NCBI RefSeq assembly: GCF_001194135.2
Contig: NC_068983.1
Coordinates: 124,576,246-124,640,245, forward strand
DNA length: 64,000 bases
Direction of reading: 5' to 3'
Source: Octopus bimaculoides
Lineage: Eukaryota
Made by a program: the position numbers and the translations under genes. A model generated the notes under the pieces. That model was not told where the DNA came from. It searched no databases and saw only the letters and a program-made list of their open reading frames with translations. This document shows, piece by piece, positions 37,177 through 49,984 of this stretch (within the stretch, counting starts at the first letter, position 1; every line of letters begins with the position of its first letter).

Positions 37177-37723
37177 GCAGTACCAGGCAGTGGCTCTCAT
37201 GGCTTCTGATCTTAATTGATTGGAAGTGTTATCATGTACATTGTTTTGTCTTGGTATAAAAAGATGGGCTACAGCAAATATTCTGCTCAGTACCACAGGT
37301 TTGCTTGTCAGTCGTTTAACCTTAACCAGTTGAGCATGTCCCTTGGTGGCTGACGATATGTGCATCTATGATCACAAGCAGAAGTAGTGGGGGAGCATCA
37401 TAGTCATGTGTTGAGAGGAATTCTTTGGGGTTTGAATAATTCACCTTTGTAAACATGGGTGTTTTGTTCAACATTCTTAAACAAACCTTATTCAGGGACC
37501 TTTTGAGCGGGATGGGCTACTCGACCTGAAAAAAATTCTAACTGGGCCCCACCAGCGAGGTCATGCACTGTTTATATTGATATGATATCACCATGTCGTG
37601 CACATATGGTTGTGATGCATGTGCCTGGTGTACCCTTATCAGACGGGTAGTCCTGATGGGTATACTGGGCTTCGTATATTTTACCCCAGTGTCACTTTGA
37701 TGGCATGCATTGCTCTCTCACTC
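37177..37723 (+). mobile_element. ~550-bp non-coding interspersed repeat embedded in (TAA)n
   Basis: Flanked by (TAA)n on both sides; 5'-truncated copies at 61089-61299 and 47690-47730. Confidence 0.75.
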
Positions 37724-37747
37724 AATAATAATAATAATAATAATAAT

Positions 37748-38460
37748 ACTGGTTGTTGTGCAGCCTAAAATTCACTAACTCTCATCATGAGTGCTGAAAT
37801 ATCAAATAAAAATAGAAATGAGAACGGCGTGAATGAAGCTGGAACACCCTGTGAAGGTGTCTCACCCGGCGGGTGCTCCATGGAGGGACAGCGTGGGCCG
37901 AGTCGTCTTCAAGCAACAGCTAAAAGAAGGTGGACGAAAGAATGTTATTGTGCTACTTTCTGGGTAATCGAAGAAACGATAATGAAGAGCCCGCTAGGGG
38001 ATATAGAAGAAGAATGTACAGGGTATGGAGCGACAGAGGCCTATTTGAATTAAGTGAATAAAATCTGTGTGACCAAGCTAGAGCTATCAGAAAGAACGAA
38101 TGGTGATCTCCAGTTGAACTAGAAAGCATTAAGACACGGGTGCTTCGGAACAGTAAGACAAACGGTGAACGGTAGGAGGAGGAAGAGAATGCAGATAGAG
38201 AAACTATGGCAGTGGAGTTAACGGAAGAAAATGAGCATGAGGCTGACTTTATTGATTAGGCAAGCGATGAGACAACCGAGGAACAAATATTCATTTTAAA
38301 TGAAATCATTGATATTTGGACTTCAGGTGAACAGAGCTTTAATACGGGGTTCAAAAAATTAGACTGACAATATCAAAGAAACCAACGATCTGATAAACGC
38401 AATTTCGACCTTTATAGCCCGGAAGTTAGGTTTGAAAGCCAAAGGTAAATGTCAACATAA
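37748..38460 (+). mobile_element. R4/Dong-like non-LTR retrotransposon 5' end
   Basis: ATG 37787; KRRWTKE..CY; frameshifted RGYRRRMYRVWSDRGLFELSE.NLCDQARAIRKNEW...ELESIK. Begins directly after (TAA)n. Confidence 0.8.
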
Positions 38461-38469
38461 CGTTTTGAA

Positions 38470-38480
38470 TAATAACAATG

Positions 38481-38533
<53 letters not shown>
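38470..38533. repeat. (TAA)n microsatellite
   Basis: Direct reading. Confidence 0.95.
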
Positions 38534-38536
<3 letters not shown>

Positions 38537-38744
38537 GTTACTCAAAGAACGCAAACCTCCGCTTAGGCAACAACAACGTTCTCTCAACGGTTAGTCGGAG
38601 ATGATTTATAAAATGAGAATATCGACTGCTCTCACAAACGAGAATACAAAAAATGAACCCGACCGCTCTCAAAAGTTAGATGAAAAAAAAAAAACGGCAA
38701 AATAATCCAGAATCCTTGTCCCGTATCTGATCGATCCCAATGAT

Positions 38745-39010
38745 AGTCATGGAATGTGAAGTTGGGTGTGCGTGCCGTGTTTGTAATGCTGTGTGTGTGT
38801 GTCGTTTGCAGTGGGAACAGTTTTTTCTATGAAGGCCTTTTTTAGTCTATCCACTGATATAGTATCTTTACGATCATTAATGTCTATAGTGAACAATTTA
38901 TCCGTGCGTGAAAGAAAACAGAAAGGACCTGCATACGGCGCTGTTAACCGAGGTTTAACAACATCGTTGCGCACAAAAAGCGTGAGTCCAAGAGTTAAAG
39001 CTTCCTTCAA
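38745..39010 (-). mobile_element. Ty3/Gypsy pol C-terminal (post-integrase) fragment
   Basis: LFVRNDVVKPRLTAPYAGPF..LSRTDKLFTIDINDRKDTISVDRLKKAF. Confidence 0.85.
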
Positions 39011-39057
39011 GGCAGAGCTAGATATGCAATTGTCAAGTAGGTTTTAAACACATTTTT

Positions 39058-39457
39058 TCTCCATTGAAAGCACGCTCAAGGTTTCCACGTAAGTTATGGC
39101 AGCGTTGCTGTTTCCGAAGTTTTATTTTCGTTTCTCTGTTATTAATTTTACTCACGTTTCTATCTTAGTAGAACTAGGTGGATAAAGAAATCAAACTACT
39201 TTAACACATTGGTAAAACTAAAAATTGTCTACGATAAATTAAATTTATTACCGTTACTGAATATGTCAGTGTTATTTAATTTCTGAACGGTTTTATTGTT
39301 GTTTGTTAAAGTAGAAGTAGGTTGATTTCTTTATTCACCTGTTTCTATTAAGATAGAAACGTGAGTAAAATTAATAATAGGGAAACGAAAATAAAACTTC
39401 GAAAACAGCAACGCCGCGATAACTTAGTGGAAAAATTGAGCGTGCTTTCAAGGGAGA
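39058..39457. mobile_element. MITE / fold-back element with long imperfect TIRs (~140 bp)
   Basis: TCTCCATTGAAAGCACGCTCAA... versus ...TTGAGCGTGCTTTCAAGGGAGA; arms complementary with scattered mismatches; no clear TSD. Confidence 0.85.
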
Positions 39458-40679
39458 TAATCAGAGAAAGACTTGAAAGTGAACGTAAGATCGTAATACT
39501 TCATGTAAAGTTAATATGACAAATAATCCATAATCCTTGTCCGGTACCAGATCGATCCCTAAATCTAATCAGTTCGTGCCAGTCACGAGGTCAAACAACC
39601 CTGAAAGTTTCATTTGAATCTATTCAGCGGTTCTTGAGATATCTTGTCCACGGACAAACAAACAAACACGACTGAAAGCAATATCTCTGCCTTCACTAAG
39701 GTGGAGGTAATAATAATAATTATCTTCAAGATAAAATAGATTGATTAGAAAATCGAGCAGAAGTATTTAAGTGTTTTGCTTGTGCACAGTACGAAAAATA
39801 AAATAAGATCAAAACAAAACAAAAAGTGAAGAAGACACTGAAAAATAATTCTGTATGAATACCTAATGAATATTTACGAAGTGTCAAGTGAAACCCAAAT
39901 CTCCACCTTAATAGTAAAAACGCTGTCACAATTATATATATCATAGAAAAACGAATGATTCTAACACCTGCGTGTGTCTTTAATCGAAACGATCTTAGAG
40001 GAAAAATTGTTGGACAGGCAGATATAAAAGTATGACAAATATCAGAACAAGATTGGAAGAAATAATGAGATTGGTAATTATCAAACATCGGCACAATATG
40101 ATAATGATCTAGAAAGATGACCGAAGTCAATTAAAACAACCCTGACAAAGGATCTAAAAGTATAGTTATCAAATTTAAGGGGTAAAATAGATGGTACAGC
40201 CGACGATTTTAGAAATTTCAAACGAGATACTTCTATATCTAGTGACAGAACAGAATGTTTTAAAGTAGACACACTCTATTAAATATAATGGAGTTAGGCG
40301 AAATTCATGGGAACCAGAAAACTTAGCAGGAGACAACAGAGGATAGAAGTCAATATAAGTAAAAGGTATCATGAAGACAAAAGGCTTTGAGTTGGGAGAG
40401 AGTAAATAAAATAGAAAATAAGACAGGATGGTCGGAATAACAAGGAGATCTAGTTATCTGGGTAAGTACTCGTATTAGATCAACATTAAGAAAATAACAA
40501 GAAGCCTGCAAATCTCATTGTATGTAATAAAAAAGGAAAAAGAAAGAATTCAACAATTTATAAAATACATAATATTCACTTCTCCTTGGGAGTAAACAAC
40601 TTATAAAAGACAAATTACTAGAGTGGTAGCAAAATAGCTTGACTATACGGTAGGTAAACCCATGCAAAGTAAACATACA

Positions 40680-41700
40680 CTGATAGAAAAAAGGAAATAG
40701 AAGAAAGCTTTCAGAACTTGAGATGGAAAGTGAGACAACTTCCGCTTGTTAAAGGAGATGCAATAAGGAAAGAAAGAGATTTTATGACATTAGAACAAAA
40801 AAGACAATGTTAAAAACGAAAAGAAGAATAAATGGTGTAATTGAAGAACTCAGACAAAGAGTAACAATAAAGGCAGCTAAGATAAAATGATATATAATAT
40901 ATATTAGTCAGACATAGCAGAGCAGGTTGTTTCAAAATAATCGGAGGATGTTGTTTAAAAATTGCAGGATTAATGAGACAAACAGAAAAGCATTTATCAC
41001 TACTATAGAAATAGTTAATTGCTTGCGGATAAGTTCTATGCACCATTAGTGGAGGAGAATTCAATCTCTAACGAAAATAAAGTGTCTAGAGACATTCAAG
41101 ACGATACAACAGGCCAAATGTTAATTGATAAGTCGATCATAAAAATTGCAAATGACGAACTAGTTTTGTAAAGAGGTGAAGCGGTTACAATAAATCATGA
41201 CAAAACTCTTGAGTTCTGAAAACACTAAAATATTTAAAATTGTAGTTAATATCGCTGATCTGCTTAGACCAATCCTGGAAAATTGAGAAATATATCGTTG
41301 AGAGCAATCCTAGTATTTGTTATTGCTCTTATCCTACTCATCCTAGAACTGTGAAACGTAAAATCCCAGCACAGGCTTGGAAATGTTCCGGAGATAGCTA
41401 ACCCCTTGCTATCCATAGATGACCTATGATTATTTTTGTCAAAACTGATAAAAATTTTGATGGATCTCTCGGTACTGTAGCATTGTTTAGGGATAACCTT
41501 AGTAATGTGTTATTTCCATCTGTAAGATCGCTGTGATGAAGAAAGTAACATCATAAAAAAAGTAAACTAAATAGATCTATTGAACGAGAGAAGATCGTGG
41601 GAGATTGATAACACCGATGGATATAAGTACCTCGAAGTCTTGCCCAGAATCAGGAGAGAATATTTCGAAAGAAAACGTTATGGTATAAATGTCAATAATT
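40680..41700 (+). mobile_element. Highly degraded R4/Dong-like ORF including RT motifs
   Basis: GVIEELRQRVTIKAAKIK, SRLFQNNRR, (S)PLLFVIAL.PL..L-like segment, LLSIDDL, GYKYLEVL in broken frames. Confidence 0.6.
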
Positions 41701-42169
41701 TCTGTAAATTCTATTGTGAGTAAATGTGGACTTACGTTTGTCAGCTCTTTAACCATTGCACACTACAGTTTGTTTTGTCAAAAATGGCAATAATTGTCGT
41801 GTAGATATTCTAACACTTCTTTACTACATTCATTACGCTCTCTCTCTCTCTTTATNNNNNNNNNNNNNNNNNNNNNNNNNNNNNNNNNNNNNNNNNNNNN
41901 NNNNNNNNNNNNNNNNNNNNNNNNNNNNNNNNNNNNNNNNNNNNNNNNNNNNNNNNNNNNNNNNNNNNNNNNNNNNNNNNNNNNNNNNNNNNNNNNNNNN
42001 NNNNNNNNNNNNNNNNNNNNNNNNNNNNNNNNNNNNNNNNNNNNNNNNNNNNNNNNNNNNNNNNNNNNNNNNNNNNNNNNNNNNNNNNNNNNNNNNNNNN
42101 NNNNNNNNNNNNNNNNNNNNNNNNNNNNNNNNNNNNNNNNNNNNNNNNNNNNNNNNNNNNNNNNNNNNN

Positions 42170-42231
<62 letters not shown>

Positions 42232-43710
42232 CACACACACACATATATATATATTTACATATGCATATTTATATATATATGTATATGCATATATATATAT
42301 ATGCATATATATAAATATCTTTACATACGCATATTTACATATATGTTTATGCATTTGTGTGTGTATGTGTTTGTGAGTGTGTTTGATAATTGGCTTCTGT
42401 TGCAATTCAGGTCTTTTACATCATACTGTCTTCTGGGAATATATTTTCTTGAGGCTTAAGATTGGTTTTACATTAATATTGGAGAATTTTCAACAGAATT
42501 ATATACGATTTTCATTAAAGCTCACTTACAATCAACATATACATTCATTCAAGTAGAAAGATAGAGTTAATACTACCTCTTATTAACAACTTGTCTTCGA
42601 CTTAATGGAAGCAAAACTGTTCCCATAACATGAAAAATTGTAGAAGAAACTCGCTCATATACCATAGGACATCGAGTTGCAAATTCTGTTTAACTCAGTC
42701 ATTCCAAATAATGAGACACCCAGCTAAATCATTTAGCAGAACGTACAATGTCACATACCGCTTTCAATCAGGGAAGCTATTTTGTCTGGATTGTAACTTG
42801 CCAAAATTTTGAGCTACTTCACATTTTTCAAACCGAGAAGATTAATTATCTCTGTGAAAACCATCTGAACACCTTTCTGTCTCTTACACCCTTGCATTAA
42901 ATTGGTAATTATTGTAGTAGTTAACCGTTAATATTAGCAACACCAACAACTACTACTCGACACAATATTTTACCAGTTCGTTCTTCAGAAATGAGAAACT
43001 GGCAGTATGTATTAACAGGTCTTTCCTAATGAACATATAAACTCGGATATATATGTTTAGTTCATTCTATTTTGTTTCTAAGTTCAAATTTATTCACAAA
43101 CACTCACAGAAACATTCAGACATATACAGACACAAACGCACAGACCGACAAACACACATAAACTTATCAAACGGGATTGTTTGGGGGAAGTTAATTTAAA
43201 GATGAGTAAGAGAAAATACGAGGATGGCTATAGACAGAATAAATATAGCTTTCGTGTTCTGGGAGTCCCATTTAAAGCACCATAATATAAAACTATTAGA
43301 TTGAACTTGTCTGTCCAGCGCTAATGAGATTCGTCATTCAATAATTTTGCCTTAGGTTTCAACTTCACCCAATATTTTGGCCGCTTGGATCACTGATCAA
43401 ACCACCATAAAAATATACGTTTCTTACATCAAAGTCTAAAACTCACAGAGAAAACGGTTTCCCAATTTGTTATCTTGTCGTCGTTCAGGCTCGAGGTTTA
43501 ACTTCCGTGGTTTTATTTATATTTAATGTTCATATTTCTTTATAACAGCTGTTGATTATGTCATTTTGTTATTGAATATATGACAATGAATAAGGTATAC
43601 TTTTTGAATGTCCAGGCATTCTTATGTAACGCAGTCTCAAAATTATTAAGACTAGATAATAGAGACGAGGATTTTGACAAAAGTTTAATTTGGTAGTGAT
43701 TGATTCCACT

Positions 43711-43786
<76 letters not shown>

Positions 43787-44100
43787 ATATATATATATAT
43801 ATATATAATACAGGATATGTCTGTCTGTGTGTTTGTCATGTCGTTAAAACACGAGATCTACATAACCGATTTTAATGAAATTTTACACATGCATTACATG
43901 GAGTGAGTGTCATGGGCCAAAAAAGTTCCAACTTCTTGCCTAATGCGGGCCCAAAAGCAGATAAACAGCATGTTTTGTGCATTTTCGCAGCGTTAAGGTC
44001 CGTGTTTTGAAGAGCATTCAGTCAATTTACTCCAAATTTGCAACAAACATTATTTAGGCTCCTCTGAAACTACTTATGCGTTATAAGTAGCGTATAATAT
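43711..44100 (+). mobile_element. (TCTA)n/(TA)n followed by a Helitron-like non-autonomous fragment
   Basis: GTCTGTCTGTGTG...AACCGATTTTAATGAAATTTTAC motif after a TCTAT start. Pattern recall. Confidence 0.4.
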
Positions 44101-44513
44101 TTCATGAAAATCCTTTTGTCCAATTGGTAGAAGAAATGAGAAGAACATAAAAATTTTTGTCGGCGCCCTGTTGATGCTTCATGTTACCATCCTGCGCTCC
44201 ACCGGGTCATGTGCGTGTGTGTGCGGCTGGGTAAAGGCATAACAGACCCATTCATCTATTCTCCAGACGTGCCCTGCTGATGTTTCACGTTTCCAATCCT
44301 GCGCAACTTTGCATGGCCCGGCAGCATGCTTGCTTCCTATGTCATCCATATCTGAACTATATAATGCAATATGTTCATACAAAAATACGAACTGCTGCTG
44401 TGACTCATAGCCATTTGAGTTTCACCACGTGACTACTTCCGGAAGCCTTGCTTGCTACCTGGGATTAGTCCCCCCGCTGTGTTCCCTTCCCCATTTAATA
44501 GGACAAGTAAATA

Positions 44514-44998
44514 CAAGGTGTCCCAGAATTAATGATGATTTGAGTAAAATCGGATGCATTTTTTAATAACTCACTTTTATTTATGTTTATCATGTTTAAT
44601 ATGTATTACAAGTGTATAAATTTGGAATTTTGCTTATAATTTTATTTTCATTCCTGTTGGACCCCTCATTTGTTCATGCCAGCTTTTTTTCAATTTGACA
44701 GCAGACATTTTCTTCATCTCCATCCCCGAGATTGAGTAATAGTTTAGCTGGGCTTAAAGAACACATTCAGTTAGTAGTGCAAGAGCTAACTCCTGAAATG
44801 CTTCAAAATGTGTTTCAAAACTAAGGAGAGATTTGAAGTATGCAAGGATACAAACATGTTGAACATGAAAGTTTGAACATAAAAGTTTGACGTAAGATTT
44901 ATAAATCTATTTGTTTTGGAAATAAACATAAAATTCTGACAGTTTTTTTTTTATTTGCTCAGTTTCATTGAAACAGATAGTCAATTCTGGAACATCTG
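44514..44998 (+). mobile_element. Internally deleted Tc1/mariner element with both TIRs
   Basis: TA-CAAGGTGTCCCAGAATT ... AATTCTGGAACATCTG-TA; residual LKEHIQLVVQELTPEMLQNVF C-terminus. Confidence 0.65.
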
Positions 44999-45123
44999 TA
45001 TGGTGTAGCGCTGTTAGTTGCGTTGCTCGAATGAATATTAAAATCAAAGGTCTTCTCGCCGTAAACATCCCATCTTTTTGTTACGCATATTGTATCAAGG
45101 AGTATATTTTCTCTCTCCTTTAT

Positions 45124-45238
45124 AGGCGTGGCTGTGTGGTTGAGAAGCATACTTTCCAACCATGTCACCTTGGGTTCAGTCCCAATGCACGGCACGTTGG
45201 GCAATTCTCTTTCATTACGTGCCGACCAAAGCCTTGTG
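45124..45238 (+). mobile_element. SINE family A head, truncated
   Basis: GGCGTGGCTGTGTGGTT...GGGTTCAGTCCC...GCCGACCAAAGCCTTGTG. Confidence 0.75.
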
Positions 45239-45542
45239 TTTTATACAATTACCATTACTGTATTGACATATAAAATAACATATATAACTCACTTATTATT
45301 GTCATATAATAAACAGACAGAAGTTCGTGTATGAAATTGATTATTTTCCTACTTCAATTATTACATGTTTTTTTCTCTCGCAAAATACACACATACAGGA
45401 AGAGTAAATATATATAATAACACTTTAAATGTGGCTCCCGAGAAAGAGTGAAAATAATTACCCGATCAACGACGGGTATTACTGCTAGTATGAAATAAAG
45501 TTGAGTTATGTCGTATCGACATATAACATACATGTTAACTAG

Positions 45543-45688
45543 CAGGGCCGGCTCAAGATACCGGCAACTCGGGCAATCGCACGAAGCGCCATGTGCTAGG
45601 GGGCACCAAGAACATTTCCACGACCGTCAGCTTGTACACGCCGAAGTTCAACTTGCCTGCGGCGCCAGCAACCCTCGGATCGGCCCTA
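45543..45688. mobile_element. hAT MITE (CAGGGCCGG termini)
   Basis: CAGGGCCGG ... TCGGCCCTA; 8-bp TSD TTAACTAG / ATGACTAG (6/8). Confidence 0.7.
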
Positions 45689-46070
45689 ATGACTAGATGG
45701 TTTCATGTACATATATCAAGGAACCGACAGTTTGAGTATTGAGAGTGTGATTGTATTTTTTTACAAATCGGGTAATTGCTTACTGAATCCAATTTTAGTG
45801 TGTCAGATTAGATATAGCTTTCTGCTTCTGGAATCTCATTTATGAGCAGCAAGATGTAAAACTAATTGATTAAACTTGTTCAGAGCAAATGAGATTCGTT
45901 ATCAACTTCACCCAATATTTTGGCCGCCTGGATCATTGATCAAAACAACCAGAAAAATATGTTTCCTAATGGTCTGTTAATAACTCACAGAGAAATTAAC
46001 TGATTTCCATATTCGTTGTCTTGTCGGCGTTCAGGTTGGAAGTTTAATTTCCGTGGTTTTATTTAGATTC

Positions 46071-46105
<35 letters not shown>

Positions 46106-46116
46106 TAATAATAATG

Positions 46117-46174
<58 letters not shown>

Positions 46175-46211
46175 TAATAATAATGATAATAATAATAATA
46201 ATGATAATAAC

Positions 46212-46250
<39 letters not shown>
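46071..46250. repeat. (TAA)n microsatellite with TGA/CAA variants
   Basis: Direct reading. Confidence 0.95.
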
Positions 46251-46252
<2 letters not shown>

Positions 46253-46801
46253 TTGTGTGTATCTTCATTGGCTCTTATGCCGTAAATACCAATGTGAAAT
46301 AACAGAGAAGTGGTACGAGCATGTACCAAGTAAAGTTTTGCAGGAGGATGGATGGAAAAGTAACGATATTCTGAGACTATGATTTCTAGACAGATCGTGT
46401 AATCGAACACTGTTGGCCGGATATTATCATAATGAGTAAGAGAGACAAATACTGTCAGATGTTGATGTAACCATACCAAATGACATGAACGTTGTGAGTA
46501 AAGAGGTTTGAAAGATCACCAAGTATTCCGAAATGAAATGGAAATGGCAAGACTGTATGGAATGCGAGAGGGTAATGTAAAAGTGATACCAGTGGTGATT
46601 GGAGCGTTGGGCTCAATCCAATTGAAACTTCAAGATTTATTAAGGCAACTGGAAATCCCATGCAAGATTTATTTCTTGCAAAAAGCATCCTTATTGGGCA
46701 CAGCGCACATCTTACGGAAAGTATTATCTGTTTGAGGTCCTTGTTGTGATTTGACAGATGACTAAAGACTCTGGTGCATTTTTACCTACACTGTGTTACG
46801 A
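46250..46801 (+). mobile_element. R4/Dong-like 3' fragment (restriction-enzyme-like endonuclease)
   Basis: YLHWLLCRKY..E..EKWYEHVP...PDII...VDVTIP.D...KITKY...VIPVVIGALG...LQKASLLGTAHILRKVL*; (TAA)n on both sides. Confidence 0.9.
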
Positions 46802-46863
<62 letters not shown>

Positions 46864-47034
46864 TAATAATAATAATAATAACAATAATCCTTTCTACTAA
46901 TTTTTTGTTTGTATTTTCTTTGCCTCTTACTATTTTGTTGAAAGCTGGCTGAATAACAACAACAACAATAATAATAATATTAATAACATTCAGACTGACA
47001 GAATAATATAAGCTGGAAAGCCTAATTTGGTGGT

Positions 47035-47069
47035 GGTAGTAGTAGTAGTAGCAGCAGCAGTAGCAGCAG

Positions 47070-47128
<59 letters not shown>
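47035..47128. repeat. (TAG)n/(CAG)n compound microsatellite
   Basis: Direct reading. Confidence 0.9.
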
Positions 47129-47129
<1 letters not shown>

Positions 47130-47535
47130 ATAAAAAGAATAGAAAGTGCCAGATAATGACTTTACAGTCCCAAAGATGAAAAAATAAATATTAGGGGTAT
47201 AGAAAAACTAGCAAAGTACCAGGCCCTAGCTATTGAATTAAAGATACTATGGAAAGTGCGGGTGAAATGTATCTCAGTAGTTGTAGGTGCACTGGGAACT
47301 ATCCCTAAAGATCTGAACAGATTGATAGAGGAAATAGGCATAAAACACAGTTTCGTACAGCTCCAGAAAGCAGTGTTATTAGGGACAGCTAGGATACTTA
47401 GGAGGATTTTTGTCATCTAAGGTTAATTGCTGTAACCCAGTAGGAGAGTTCTTGGCATCTAGGGCTACTTGTTATACACCGATGTTAAGATTCTTTTCTT
47501 TTCCAACAGTCTAATCTGTCGTGTGTATATGAAAA
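47128..47535 (+). mobile_element. R4/Dong-like 3' RLE fragment, second family
   Basis: DKKNRKCQI.DFTVPKDEKI...EKLAKYQALAIELK.LWKV...VVVGALGTIPKDL...LQKAVLLGTARILRR. Confidence 0.88.
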
Positions 47536-47742
47536 TAATAATATTAATAATACTTTCTACTAAAGCACAAGGCATGGAATTTGCGGGAGGGGACTAATCG
47601 ATTACACCGACCCCACTGTTTCACTGGTACTTAATTTATCACCCCCGTAAGTCGACCTCAGCAGAATTGAATATAATAATAATGATAATCAGTGTTACTT
47701 CGATGGCATACACTGCTCTCTCGCTCAGTTACAATGATGATG

Positions 47743-47802
<60 letters not shown>

Positions 47803-47805
<3 letters not shown>

Positions 47806-48007
47806 TGCTTTCTAATTGATGTATCAATACCAGCAGATGACAACGTTTCTCTAAAAGAAATGGAAAAACTTTCAAAATACAAAGACCTGGAAATAGAGAT
47901 AACTCGAATGTGGAATCTAAAAACAGAAACAATTCCTATCATAGTAGGTGCCTTAGGTATAATAAAAAAATATTCAGACAAATACATAACAAAAATAGCA
48001 GGACTTA
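47803..48007 (+). mobile_element. R4/Dong-like 3' RLE fragment, third family, running into a gap
   Basis: KCFLIDVSIPADDNVSLKEMEKLSKYKDLEIEITRMWNLKTETIPIIVGALG; preceded by (TAA)n 47735-47802. Confidence 0.9.
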
Positions 48008-48711
48008 NNNNNNNNNNNNNNNNNNNNNNNNNNNNNNNNNNNNNNNNNNNNNNNNNNNNNNNNNNNNNNNNNNNNNNNNNNNNNNNNNNNNNNNNNNNNN
48101 NNNNNNNNNNNNNNNNNNNNNNNNNNNNNNNNNNNNNNNNNNNNNNNNNNNNNNNNNNNNNNNNNNNNNNNNNNNNNNNNNNNNNNNNNNNNNNNNNNNN
48201 NNNNNNNNNNNNNNNNNNNNNNNNNNNNNNNNNNNNNNNNNNNNNNNNNNNNNNNNNNNNNNNNNNNNNNNNNNNNNNNNNNNNNNNNNNNNNNNNNNNN
48301 NNNNNNNNNNNNNNNNNNNNNNNNNNNNNNNNNNNNNNNNNNNNNNNNNNNNNNNNNNNNNNNNNNNNNNNNNNNNNNNNNNNNNNNNNNNNNNNNNNNN
48401 NNNNNNNNNNNNNNNNNNNNNNNNNNNNNNNNNNNNNNNNNNNNNNNNNNNNNNNNNNNNNNNNNNNNNNNNNNNNNNNNNNNNNNNNNNNNNNNNNNNN
48501 NNNNNNNNNNNNNNNNNNNNNNNNNNNNNNNNNNNNNNNNNNNNNNNNNNNNNNNNNNNNNNNNNNNNNNNNNNNNNNNNNNNNNNNNNNNNNNNNNNNN
48601 NNNNNNNNNNNNNNNNNNNNNNNNNNNNNNNNNNNNNNNNNNNNNNNNNNNNNNNNNNNNNNNNNNNNNNNNNNNNNNNNNNNNNNNNNNNNNNNNNNNN
48701 NNNNNNNNGAA

Positions 48712-48838
48712 AGGGTGACTAGAGCAACGTGAAATGAAGTGTTTTTCTCAAGAACACAACGCGTCCCCCAGTCAGGGAGTCGAACCCGCAACCGAACAAT
48801 CGTGAGTGCAACAGCCTAACCACTAGGATACACGCCTT
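48712..48838 (-). mobile_element. tRNA-derived SINE family D head
   Basis: Minus strand GGCGTGTATCCTAGTGGTTAGG...GGTTCGACTCCCTG...GCGTTGTGTTCTTGAGAAAAACACTTCATTTCACGTTG; plus-strand relative at 49985-50100. Confidence 0.75.
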
Positions 48839-49419
48839 CACACACTCACACACACACACACACGTGTCCCAGCATGACCACAGTCTAATGATTGTAACAA
48901 GTACAAGATAAAAGATACCATTTCGCCAACTATGTTGTCTTATGTGACAGTTTAAAAAATATATAAAGTCACAGTTAAAGTACATTTACGTTTCTGATAC
49001 CGTTTGTAATTTATATAAATGATTTCAAGTAAGAAACCATTGTTAGTAAAAGTTTACAGGTGTATGTATGATTACCGTAAATCCTTAGGTCTATGAATAC
49101 TGTAATTATTTTTGACTATATTTGTAACCAATATCACATATAGTTAGCAAAAGTAACTTAAAATCTGTAACCAATCTGCAGACTAATACGCTCCTGAGAA
49201 CATGTAAAAGGCTTCTTAAATTAATGGTATCGAATTCTAATGCATATTTGAATGTGCAGAAATTAAGTGAGAGTATTCCCTTAGGCGTGAATGGATATTT
49301 TTAGATACTTCCACACTTCCATACAAGCACACAAAGATGCGCGCGCGCACAGACCTACGAGCACACACTCATGCGCACCCGCGCACCTGTTCGGCATTTG
49401 TCATTTATGTTTTAATTCT

Positions 49420-49970
<551 letters not shown>

Positions 49971-49984
49971 CTAAATGTGAATCT

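Larger units (their letters stand above)
38534..39712 (+). mobile_element. Helentron/DINE-like non-autonomous element(s), split by other insertions
   Basis: 5' ACCTCCGC sub-terminal repeat; 3' part 39522-39712 has AATCTAATCAGTTC...CGGACAAACAAACAAAC and a terminal hairpin CTCTGCCTT-CACT-AAGGTGGAG. Confidence 0.55.

Noticed and set aside
37187-37240. Faint resemblance of the 550-bp repeat 5' end to U2 snRNA
   Set aside because: Needs a large insertion and covers only short words; likely chance.
46031-46479. Poly-N, poly-I, poly-L and poly-Y ORFs
   Set aside because: Six-frame readings of (TAA)n.
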